Source: Eledone cirrhosa
Taxonomy: Eukaryota
DNA: 64,000 bases
NCBI GenBank assembly: GCA_964016885.1
Contig: OZ024744.1
Location: forward strand, 124,558,001-124,622,000
Reading direction: 5' to 3'
This document shows positions 1 through 10,087 of this stretch, piece by piece; position 1 is the stretch's first letter; each line of letters begins with the position of its first letter. The notes beneath the pieces were generated by a model. It was not told the DNA's origin. It worked only from the letters and a program-made list of their open reading frames with translations, and did not search any database. The translations under genes were made by a program, and so were the position numbers.

Positions 1-2499
1 GGCTTAGAGTTGGGATTTAAATGTAAGTCTAAGGCTTCCGGTCGGGATGTAAGGTTATGTCTAAGGCTATGAGTTGGGGCTCATGTCTAAGTCTAAGGTT
101 TGGGGTTGGTGTTCAAGTCTAAATCTAAGGCTTGGCGTTGGGGTTTTAAGTCTAAGTCGGAGGCATTGGGGTTGGATTTAAGTCTAAGTCAAAGGCTTCG
201 GGTTGGGATTTAATTCGAAGTCTAAGACTTGGGGATGGGGTTTAAGTTTAAGTCTTGGGGTTAGGGATTAAATCTAAGGCCTGGTGTTGGGGTTTAAGTC
301 TAAGTATAAGGCTTTGGGTTGATGTTTAAATCTAAGTCTAAGGCTTGGGGTTGGTGTGTAAATCTAAGTCTAAGGCTTGGGGTTGGGGTTTAAGTCTAAT
401 TCTAAGGCTTTAGGTTGAGGTTTAAGACTAAGTCTAAGGCTTATGTTTGAGGTTTAAGTCTAATTCTAAGGCTTGTGGTTGGGGTTTAAGTCGAAGCCTA
501 AGAATTGCGGTTGGAGTTTAAGTCTAAGTTTAGGGCTTGGGGTTGGGATTTAAGTGGAAGTTTAAGGCTTGTGGTTCGGGTTTAAGTCTAAGTCAAAGGC
601 TTGGGATTCAGGTTAACGTCTAAGTCTAAGGCTTGGGTTGGGGTTTAAGTCTAAGTTTTGGGATTAGGGTTTAAATCTAAGACTTGGTGTTAGGGTTTAA
701 GTCTAAGTCTAATGCTTGTGGTTGGGGTTTATGTCTAAGTCTAAGGATTGGGGTTGGGGTTTAAATCCAAGTCTAAGGCTTTGGGTTTGGGTTTAAGTCT
801 AAAGCTAAGGCTTGGGGTTGGGGTTTAAGTCTACGTCTAAAGCTTTGGGGTTGGGGTTTAAATCTAAGTCTAAGGCTTTGAGTTGATGTTTAAATCTAAA
901 TCTAAGACGTTGGGTTGAGGTTTAAGTCTAAGTCTAAGGCTTGGGTTGGGGTTTAAGTCTACGTCTAAAGCTTTGGGGTTGGGGTTTAAATCTAAGTCTA
1001 AGGCTTTGAGTTGATGTTTAAATTTAAATCTAAGACGTTGGGTTGAGGTTTAAGTCTGAGTCTAACGCTTGTGGTTGGGGTTTCTGTCTAAGTCTAAGGC
1101 TTGGGGTTGGGGTTTAAGTCTAAATCTAAGGCTTAGGGTTGGGATCTAAATCTAAGTCTAAGCATTGGGGTTGGGGTTTAAATCTAAGTCTAAGGCTTTG
1201 AGTTGATGTTTAAATCTAAATCTAAGACGTTGGGTTGAGGTTTAAGTCTAAGTCTAAGGCTTGGGTTGTGGTTTAAGTCTAAGTCTTGGGATTAGTGCTT
1301 AAATCTAAGGCTTGGTGTTAGCGTTTATGTCTAAGCCTAATGCTTGTTGTTGGGGTTTATGTCTAAGCATAAGGCTTGGGGTTGGGGTTTAAGTCTACGT
1401 CTAAGGCTTTGGGTTGGGGTCTAACTCTAAGTCTAAGACTTGGGGTTGGGATTTAAGTCTAAAGCTTGGGGTTAGGGTTTCATGCTAAGGCTTGGAGTTG
1501 GGGTTTAATCTAAGACTAAGGCTTGGGTTTGGGTTTCAGTCTAAGCCTAAGTCTTGGGGTTGGGATTTAAGACTAAGTGTAAAGCTTGGGGTTGTGGTTT
1601 AAGTGTAAGTCTAAGGATTTGGGTTGAGGTTTAAATCTATGTCTAAGGCTTGGGATTGGGGTCTAAATCTAAGTCAATGGCTTGGGATTCGGGTTAACAT
1701 CTAAGTCTAAGGCTTTGGGTTTGGGTTTAAGTCTAAGTCTAAGGTTTGGGGTTGGTGTGTAAATCTAAGTCTAAGGCTTGGGGTTGGGGTTTAAGTCTAA
1801 TTCTAAGGCTTTAGGTTGAGGTTTAAGTCTAAGTCCAAGGCTTAGGTTTGAGGTTTAAATCTAATTCTAAGGCTTGTGGTTGGGGTTTAAGTCGAAGCCT
1901 AAGAATTGCGGTTGGGGTTTAAGTCTAAGTTTAGGGCTTGGGGTTGGGATTTAAGTGGAAGTTTAAGGCTTGTCGTTCGGGTTTAAGTCTAAGTCAAAGG
2001 CTTGGGATTCAGGTTAACGTCTAAGTCTAAGGCTTGGGTTGGGGTTTAAGTCTACGTTTTGGGGTTGGTGTTTAAATCTAAGGCTTGGTGTTAGGGTTGA
2101 AGTCTAAGTCTAATGCTTGTGGTTGGGGTTTATGTCTAAGTCTAAGGCTTGGGTGGGGTTTAAATCCAAGTCTAAGGCTTTGGGTTTGAGTTTAAATCTA
2201 AACCTAAGGCTTGGGGTTGGTGTTTAAGTCCAAGTCTAGACTTTGGGTTTGGGTTTAAGTCTAAGTCTAAGGCTTGGGATTGGGGTGTCAGTCTAAGTCC
2301 AAGTTTTTGGCTTGAGGTTTAAGTCTAAGTCTAAGTCTTGTGGTTGGGGTTTATGTCTAAGCCCAAGTCTTGGCGTTGGGGTTTAAATCTAAGACTTGTG
2401 GTTCGGGGTTAAGTCTATGTCTAAGCCTTGTCGTTGGGGTTTAAGTCTAAGTCTATGGCTTGGGGTTGGGATTTAAATGTAAGTCTAATGCTTGCGGTC

Positions 2500-5400
2500 G
2501 GGATGTAAGGTTAAGTCTAAGGCTAGGAGTTGGGGCGCATGTCTAAGAATAAGGCTTGGGGTTGGGGTTCAAGTCTAAATCTAAGGCTTCGGTTTAGGGT
2601 TTAAATCTAAGTCTAAGGCTTGGAGTTGGGGTTTAAGTCTAAGTCGGAGGCATTGGGGTTGGGATTTAATTCGAAGTCTAAGACTTGGGGATGGGGTTTA
2701 AGTCTAAGTCTTGGGGTTAGGGATTAAATCTAAAGCTTGGTGTTGGGGTTTAAGTCTAAGTATAAGGCTTTGGGTTGAGGTTTAAATCTAAGTCTAAGGC
2801 TTAGGGTTGGTGTGTAAATCTAAGTCTAATGTTTGGGGTTGGGGTTTAGGTCTAAGTCTTGGGGTTAGTATTTAAATCTAAGGCTTGGTGTTGGGATATC
2901 ATTCTAAGTCTAATGCTTGTGGTTGGGTTTTATATCTAAGTCTAAGGCTTGGATTTGGGATTTAAGTCTAAATCTAAGGCGTGTGGTTGGGGTTTAAGTC
3001 CAAGTCTAAGTCTTTGGGTTTGGGTTTAAGTCTAATTCTAAGGCTTTAGGTTGTGGTTTAAGTCAAAGTCTAAGGCTTAGGTTTGAGTTTTAAGTCTAAT
3101 TCTAAGGTTTGTGGTTGGGGTTTAAGTCGAAGCCTAAGAATTGTCGTTGGGGTTTAAGTCTAAGTTTAGGGCTTCGTGTTGGGATTTAAGTGGAATTTTA
3201 AGGCTTGTTGTTCGGGTTTAAGTCTAAGTCAAAGGTTGGGGTTGGGGTTTAAGTCTAAGTTTGGGGTTTGGGTTTAAATCTAAGGCTTGGGTTGGGGTTT
3301 AAGTCTAAGTCTAATGTTTGTGGTTGGGGTTTATGTCTAAGTCTAGGGTTTGGGGTTGGGGTTTAAATCCAAATCTAAGGCTTCGGATTTGGGTTTAAGT
3401 CTAAACCTAAGGCTTGGGGTTGGGGTTTAAGTCTAAGTCGAAGGCTTTGTGTTGAAGTTTAAGTCTGAGTCTAAGGCTTGTGGTTGGGGTTTATGTCTAA
3501 GACTAAGGCATGGGGTTGGGATTTAAATGTAAGTCTAATGCTTGCGGTCGGGATGTAAGGTTAAGTCTAAGGCTAGGAGTTGGGGCTCATGTCTAAGTCT
3601 AAGGCTTGGGGTTGGGGTTCAAGTCTAAATCTAAGGCTTGGCGTTGGGGTTTAAGTCTAAGTCTAAGGCTTTTTGTTGGGCTTTATGTCTAATTCTAAGG
3701 CTTGGGTTTAGGGTTTAAATCTAAGTCTAAGGCTTGGAGTTGGGGTTTAAGTCTAAGTCGGAGGCATTGGGGTTGTGTTTAAGTTTAAGTCTAAGGCTTT
3801 GGTTTGGGATTTAATTCGAAGTCTAAGACTTGGGGATGGGGTTTAAGTCTAAGTCTTGGTGTTAGGGATTAAATCTAAAGCTTGGTGTTGGGGTTTAAGT
3901 CTAAGTATAAGGCTTTGGGTTGAGGTTTAAATCTAAGTCTAAGGCTTAGGGTTGGTGTGTAAATCTAAGTCTAATGTTTGGGGTTGGGGTTTAGGTCTAA
4001 GTCTTGGGGTTAGTATTTAAATCTAAGGCTTGGTGTTGGGATATCATTCTAAGTCTAATGCTTGTGGTTGGGTTTTATATCTAAGTCTAAGGCTTGGATT
4101 TGGGATTTAAGTCTAAATCTAAGGCGTGTGGTTGGGGTTTAAGTCCAAGTCTAAGTCTTTGGGTTTGGGTTTAAGTCTAATTCTAAGGCTTTAGGTTGTG
4201 GTTTAAGTCAAAGTCTAAGGCTTAGGTTTGAGTTTTAAGTCTAATTCTAAGGTTTGTGGTTGGGGTTTAAGTCGAAGCCTAAGAATTGTCGTTGGGGTTT
4301 AAGTCTAAGTTTAGGGCTTCGTGTTGGGATTTAAGTGGAATTTTAAGGCTTGTTGTTCGGGTTTAAGTCTAAGTCAAAGGTTGGGGTTGGGGTTTAAGTC
4401 TAAGTTTGGGGTTTGGGTTTAAATCTAAGGCTTGGGTTGGGGTTTAAGTCTAAGTCTAATGTTTGTGGTTGGGGTTTATGTCTAAGTCTAGGGTTTGGGG
4501 TTGGGGTTTAAATCCAAATCTAAGGCTTCGGATTTGGGTTTAAGTCTAAACCTAAGGCTTGGGGTTGGGGTTTAAGTCTAAGTCGAAGGCTTTGTGTTGA
4601 AGTTTAAGTCTGAGTCTAAGGCTTGTGGTTGGGGTTTATGTCTAAGACTAAGGCATGGGGTTGGGATTTAAATGTAAGTCTAATGCTTGCGGTCGGGATG
4701 TAAGGTTAAGTCTAAGGCTAGGAGTTGGGGCTCATGTCTAAGTCTAAGGCTTGGGGTTGGGGTTCAAGTCTAAATCTAAGGCTTGGCGTTGGGGTTTAAG
4801 TCTAAGTCTAAGGCTTTTTGTTGGGCTTTATGTCTAATTCTAAGGCTTGGGTTTAGGGTTTAAATCTAAGTCTAAGGCTTGGAGTTGGGGTTTAAGTCTA
4901 AGTCGGAGGCATTGGGGTTGTGTTTAAGTTTAAGTCTAAGGCTTTGGTTTGGGATTTAATTCGAAGTCTAAGACTTGGGGATGGGGTTTAAGTCTAAGTC
5001 TTGGTGTTAGGGATTAAATCTAAAGCTTGGTGTTGGGGTTTAAGTCTAAGTATAAGGCTTTGGGTTGAGGTTGACATCTAAGTCTAAGGCTTAGGGTTGG
5101 TGTGTAAATCTAAGTCTAAGGCTTGGGGTTGGGGTTTAGGTCTAAGTCTTGGGGTTAGTATGTAAATCTAAGACTTGGTGTTGGGATATCATTCTAAGTC
5201 TAATGCTTGTGGTTGGGGTTTAAGTCCAAGTCTAAGGCTTTGGGTTTGGGTTTAAGTCTAATTCTAAGGCTTTAGTTTGAGGTTTAATTCAAAGTCTAAG
5301 GCTTAGGTTTGAGGTTTAAGTCTAATTCTAAGGTTTCTGGTTGGGGTTTAAGTCGAAGCCTAAGAATTGTCGTTGGGGTTTAAGTCTAAGTTTAGGGCTT

Positions 5401-5700
5401 CGTGTTGGGATTTAAGTGGAATTTTAAGGCTTGTGGTTCGGGTTTAAGTCTAAGTCAAAGGCTTGGGTTGGGGTTTAAGTCTAAGTTTTGGGGTTAGGGT
5501 TTAAATCTAAAGCTTGGGTTGGGGTTTAAGTCTAAGTCTAATTATTGTGGTTGGGGTTTGTGTCTAAGTCTAGGGCTTGGGGTTGGGGTTTAAATCCAAA
5601 TCTAAGGCTTTGGATTTGGGTTTAAGTCTAAACCTAAGGCTTGGGGTTGGGGTTTAAGTCTAAGTCGAAGCCTTTGTGTTGAAGTTTAAGTCTGAGTCTA
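2500..5700 (+). repeat. ~1.15-kb higher-order repeat (3 tandem copies) within the 32-bp satellite
   Basis: The landmark GATATC(ATTC) lies at 2895, 4040 and 5185 (1145-bp spacing) and recurs as a pair at 13226/14374 (1148 bp). Boundaries are approximate. Confidence 0.85.
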
Positions 5701-7029
5701 AGGCTTGTGGTTGGTGTTTATGTTTAAGACTAAGGCTTGGGGTTGGTGTTTAAGTCTAAATCTAAGGCTTGTGGTTGGGATTTACATCTAAGTCTAAAGC
5801 TTGGGGTTGGGGTTTCTAGCTAAGGCTTGGAGTTGGGGTTTAAGTCTAAGATTAAGGCTTGGGTTTGGGTTTCAGTGTAGGCCTAAGTCTTGTGGTTGGA
5901 GTTTAAGAGTAAGTGTAAAGCATGGGGTTGGGGTTTAAGTCTAAGTCTAAGGATTTGGGTTAAGGTTTAAATCTAAGTCTAAGACTTGGGGTTGGGGTCT
6001 AAATCTAAGTCTAAGGCTTGGGGTTTGGGTTTAAGTTTAAATCTAAGGCTTTGGGTTTGGGTTGAAATTTAAGACTAAGGCTTTATGTTGAGGTTTAAGT
6101 CTAAGTCTAAGGCTTTGGTTTGAAGTTTAAGTCTAATTCTAAGGCTTGTGGTTGGGGTTTAAGTCGAAGCCTAAGACTTGTAGTTGGGGTTTAAGTCTAA
6201 GTTTAAGGCTTGGGGTTTCATTTAAGTCTAAATCTAAGGCTTGTGTGTCGGGTTTATGTCTAAGTCAAAGTCTTGGGATTCGGGTTAACGTCTAAGTCTA
6301 AGGCTTGGGGTCGGGGTTTAAGTCTAAGTCTAAGGCTTGTGATTGGGGTTTATGTCTAAATCTAAGTTTTCGGGTTAGAGGTTTAAATCTAAGCCTAAGG
6401 CTTGGAATTGGGGTTTAAGTCCAAGTCTAAGGCTTTGGGTTTGGGTTTAAGTCTAATGCTTGTGGTTCGGAGTTAAGTCTATGTCTAAGCCTTGCGGTTG
6501 GGGTTTAAATCTAAGTATATAGCTTGTGGTTGGGGTTTAAGTTTGAGTCTAATGCTAGTCGTTGTGGTTTGTGTCTAAGTCTAATGCTTCGGGTTGGGGT
6601 TTAAGTCTAAATCTAAGGCTTGGTGTTGGGGTTTAAATCTAAGGCTTGGGGTTAGGGTATAAGTCTAATGCTTGTGGTTGTGTTTTATGTCTAAGTCTAA
6701 GACTTTGGGTTCAGGTTTAAGTCTAAGTCTAAGGCTTGGATTTGGATTTAAGTCTAAGTCTAAGTCTTGGGGTTAGGATTTAAAACTAAGGCTTGGGGTT
6801 GGGGTTTAAGTCTAAGTCTAATGTTGAGGTTGGGTTTCATGTCTACGTCTAAGGCTTGGGGTTGGGGTTTAAGTCCAAGTCTAAGGATTTGGGATTGAGT
6901 TTAAGTCTAAGTCTAAGGCTTGGGGTTGGTGTTTAAGTCTAAGTCTAAGACTTGTGGTTGGGTTGTATGTCTAAAGTTGGGTTGTAACGCATGGTATTGT
7001 TTTAAGTTAAGTCTAAATCTAGTCTAGGA

Positions 7030-7083
7030 TTAGGGTTAGGGTTAGGGTTAGCGTTAGGGTTAGGGTTAGGGTTAGGGTTAGGG
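7030..7083 (+). repeat. Interstitial telomeric tract (TTAGGG)3 TTAGCG (TTAGGG)5
   Basis: Read directly: 9 hexamers, preceded by the non-satellite 20-mer GTAACGCATGGTATTGTTTT at 6984-7003. Confidence 0.95.
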
Positions 7084-9023
7084 TTGGGGTTTAAGTCCAA
7101 GTCTAAGGCTTTGGGTTTGGATTTAAGTCTAAGTCTAAGGCTTGGGGTTGGGGTTTAAGTCTAAATCTAAGGCTTTGTGTTGAGGTTTAAATCTAAGTCT
7201 AAGGCTTGGGTTTGAGGTTTAAGTATAAGTCTAAAGCTTGATTTGAGGTTTAAGTCTAAGTCTTGGGGTTAGGGTTTAAATCTAAGTACTGGTGTTGGGG
7301 TTTAAGTCTAAGACTAAGGCTTGGGTTTGGGTTTCAGTCTAAGCCTAAGTCTTGGGGTTGGGGTTTCAGACTAAGTGTAAAGCTTGGGGTTGGGGTTTAA
7401 GTCTAAGTCTAAGGATTTGCGTTGAGGTTTAAATCTAAGTCTAAGGCTTGGGCTTGGGGACTAAATCTAAGTGTAAGGCTTGTGGTTCGGTTTTAAGTCT
7501 AAGTCGAAGGTTTGGGATTCTGGTTAACGTCTCAGTCTAAGGCTTGTGGTTGGGGTTTATGTCTAAATCTAAGTCTTCGGGTTAGGGTTTAAATCTAAGC
7601 CTAAGGGTTGGGGTTGGGGTTTAAGTCCAAGTCCAATGCTTTAGGTTTGGGTTTAAGTCTAAATCTAAGGCTTGCTGTTGGGGTTTAAATCTAAGTCTAA
7701 GGCTTTGGGTTGAGGTTTAAGTCTAAGTCTAAGTCTTGTGGTTGGGGTTTATGTCTAAGCCTAAGGCTTGGGGTTGGGGTTTAAGTCTAAGTCTAAGGCT
7801 TATGGTCGGGGTGTAAGGTTAAGACTAAGGCTAGGAGTTGGGGCTCATGTCTAAGTCTAAGGCTTATGGTTGGGGTTCAAGTCTAAATCTAAGGCTTGAC
7901 TGTGGGGTTTAAGTCTAAGTCAAAGGCCTGTTGTTGTGCTTTATATCTAAGTCTAAGGCTTGGAGTTGGGGTTTAAGTGTAAGTCTAAGGCTTGGGGTTG
8001 GGATTTAATTCGAAGTCTAAGACTTGGGGTTGGTGTCTAAATCTAAGTCTAAGGCTTGGGGTTGGGTTTTAAGTCTAAGTCTTGGGGTTAGTGTTTAAAT
8101 CTAAGGCTTGGTGTTGGGGTTTAAGTCGAAGCCTAAGACTTGTAGTTGGGGTTTAAGTCTAAGTTTAAGGCTTGGGGTTTTCATTTAAGTTTAAATCTAA
8201 GGCTTGTGGTTCGGGTTTATGTCTAAGTCAAAGTCTTGGGATTCGGGTTAACGTCTAAGTCTAAGGCTTGGGGTCGGGGTTTAAGTCTAAGTCTAAGGCT
8301 TGTGATTGGGGTTTATGTCTAAATCTAAGTTTTCGGGTTAGAGGTTTAAATCTAAGCCTAAGGTTTGGAATTGGTGTTTAGTCCAAGTCTAAGGCTTTGG
8401 GTTTGGGTTTAAGTCTAAATCTAAGGCTTGAGGTTGGGGTTTAAGTCTAACGCTTGTGGTTCGGAGTTAAGTCTATGTCTAAGCCTTGCGGTTGGGGTTT
8501 AAATCTAAGTATATAGCTTGTGGTTGGGGTTTAAGTTTGAGTCTAATGCTAGTCGTTGTGGTTCGTGTCTAAGTCTAATGCTTGTGGTTGGGGTTTAAGT
8601 CTAAATCTAAGGTTTGGTGTTGGGGTTTAAATCTAAGGCTTGGGGTTAGGGTATAAGTCTAATGCTTGTGGTTGTGTTTTATGTCTAAGTCTAAGGCTTT
8701 GGGTTCAGGTTTAAGTCTAAGTCTAAGGCTTGGATTTGGATTTAAGTCTAAGTCTAAGTCTTGGGGTTAGGATTTAAAACTAAGGCTTGGGTTGGGGTTT
8801 AAGTCTAAGTCTAATGCTTGGGGTTGGGTTTCATGACTACGTCTAAGGCTTGGGGTTGGGGTTTAAGTCCAAGTCTAAGGATTTGGGATTGAGTTTAAGT
8901 CTAAGTCTAAGGCTTGGGGTTGGTGTTTAAGTCTAAGTCTAAGACTTGTGGTTGGGTTGTATGTCTAAAGTTGGGTTGTAACGCATGGTATTGTTTTAAG
9001 TTAAGTCTAAATCTAGTCTAGGA

Positions 9024-9071
9024 TTAGGGTTAGGGTTAGGGTTAGCGTTAGGGTTAGGGTTAGGGTTAGGG
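9024..9071 (+). repeat. Interstitial telomeric tract (TTAGGG)3 TTAGCG (TTAGGG)4
   Basis: Read directly; same 20-bp leader at 8978. Confidence 0.95.
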
Positions 9072-9864
9072 TTGGGGTTTAAGTCCAAGTCTAAGGCTTT
9101 GGGTTTGGATTTAAGTCTAAGTCTAAGGCTTGGGGTTGGGGTTTAAGTCTAAATCTAAGGCTTTGTGTTGAGGTTTAAATCTAAGTCTAAGGCTTGGGTT
9201 TGAGGTTTAAGTATAAGTCTAAAGCTTGATTTGGGGTTTAAGTCTAAGTCTTGGGGTTAGGGTTTAAATCTAAGTACTGGTGTTGGGGTTTAAGTCTAAG
9301 ACTAAGGCTTGGGTTTGGGTTTCAGTCTAAATCTAAGGCTCGCTGTTGGGGTTTAAATCTAAGTCTAAGGCTTTGGGTTGAGGTTTAAGTCTAAGTCTTG
9401 TGGTTGGGGTTTATGTCTAAGCCTAAGGCTTGGGGTTGGGGTTTAAGTCTAAGTCTAAGGCTTATGGTCGGGATGTAAGATTAAGACTAAGGCTAGGAGT
9501 TGGGGCTCATGTCTAAGTCTAAGGCTTATTTTTGGGGTTCAAGTCTAAATCTAAGGCTTGGCTGTGGGGTTTAAGTCTAAGTCAAAGGCCTGTTGTTGTG
9601 CTTTATATCTAAGTCTAAGGCTTGGAGTTGGGGTTTAAGTGTAAGTCTAAGGCTTGGGGTTGGGATTTAATTCGAAGTCTAAGACTTGGGGTTGGTGTCT
9701 AAATCTAAGTCTAAGGCTTGGGGTTAGTGTTTAAATCTAAGGCTTGGTGTTGGGGTTTAATTCTAAGTCTAATGCTTGTGGTTGGGGTTTATATCTAAGT
9801 CTAAGACTTGGAGTTGGGGTTTAAGTCTAAATCTAAGGCTTGGGGTTGGGGTTTATGTCCAAGT

Positions 9865-9933
9865 CTTCAGAAGAGTGACGAAACCCTTATGTTGGCCGAC
9901 CATTGCTCTTGCGTCGTCCTTGCACATAATACA
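9865..9933 (-). mobile_element. Degenerate hAT-superfamily (Buster/Charlie/SPIN-like) transposase fragment, copy 1
   Basis: The minus strand translates CIMCKDDARAMVGQHKGFVTLLK. This resembles the hAT motif around the second catalytic Asp (CTDGAxAMxGxxxG(F/L)VxxLK), with T>K and G>D each needing a single base change. Motif recognition only; no search was run. Confidence 0.65.
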
Positions 9934-9934
9934 A

Positions 9935-10087
9935 TGTGTGTTGTATTTGGTCCTAGATGTATGTATTACCTGCCTGTGTGTTGTAGGTAGTCCTAGATGT
10001 ATGTGTATTACCTTCTTATATATTGCATGTGGTCCCAGCTGTATGTATTACCTGCTTGTGTGTTGTATGTGGTCCTAGATGTGTGTA
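9935..10087. repeat. 40-bp minisatellite fragment (~3.8 copies), consensus TGTGTGTTGTATGTGGTCCTAGATGTATGTATTACCTGCT, copy 1
   Basis: Units start at 9935 (40 bp), 9975 (42 bp), 10017 (40 bp) and 10057 (31 bp, truncated). Unrelated to the host satellite. Confidence 0.9.

Noticed and set aside
9868-9900. Hammerhead-ribozyme-like string CAGAAGAG-TGA-CGAAAC...GTT (cf. CUGANGA...GAAA...UH of satellite- and Penelope-associated hammerheads)
   Set aside because: The conserved U4 is A, stem I cannot form with the upstream sequence, and stem III is minimal. The same bases are better explained as antisense hAT coding sequence. An Infernal search with hammerhead models would settle it.
9776-10078. 100-aa and 60-aa plus-strand ORFs (and their copies at 17067, 28617, 36195)
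   Set aside because: They start at non-ATG codons inside satellite monomers and run through the insert and TG-rich minisatellite, which explains the Cys/Val/Tyr bias. There is no recognisable domain, and they recur only because the DNA is duplicated.
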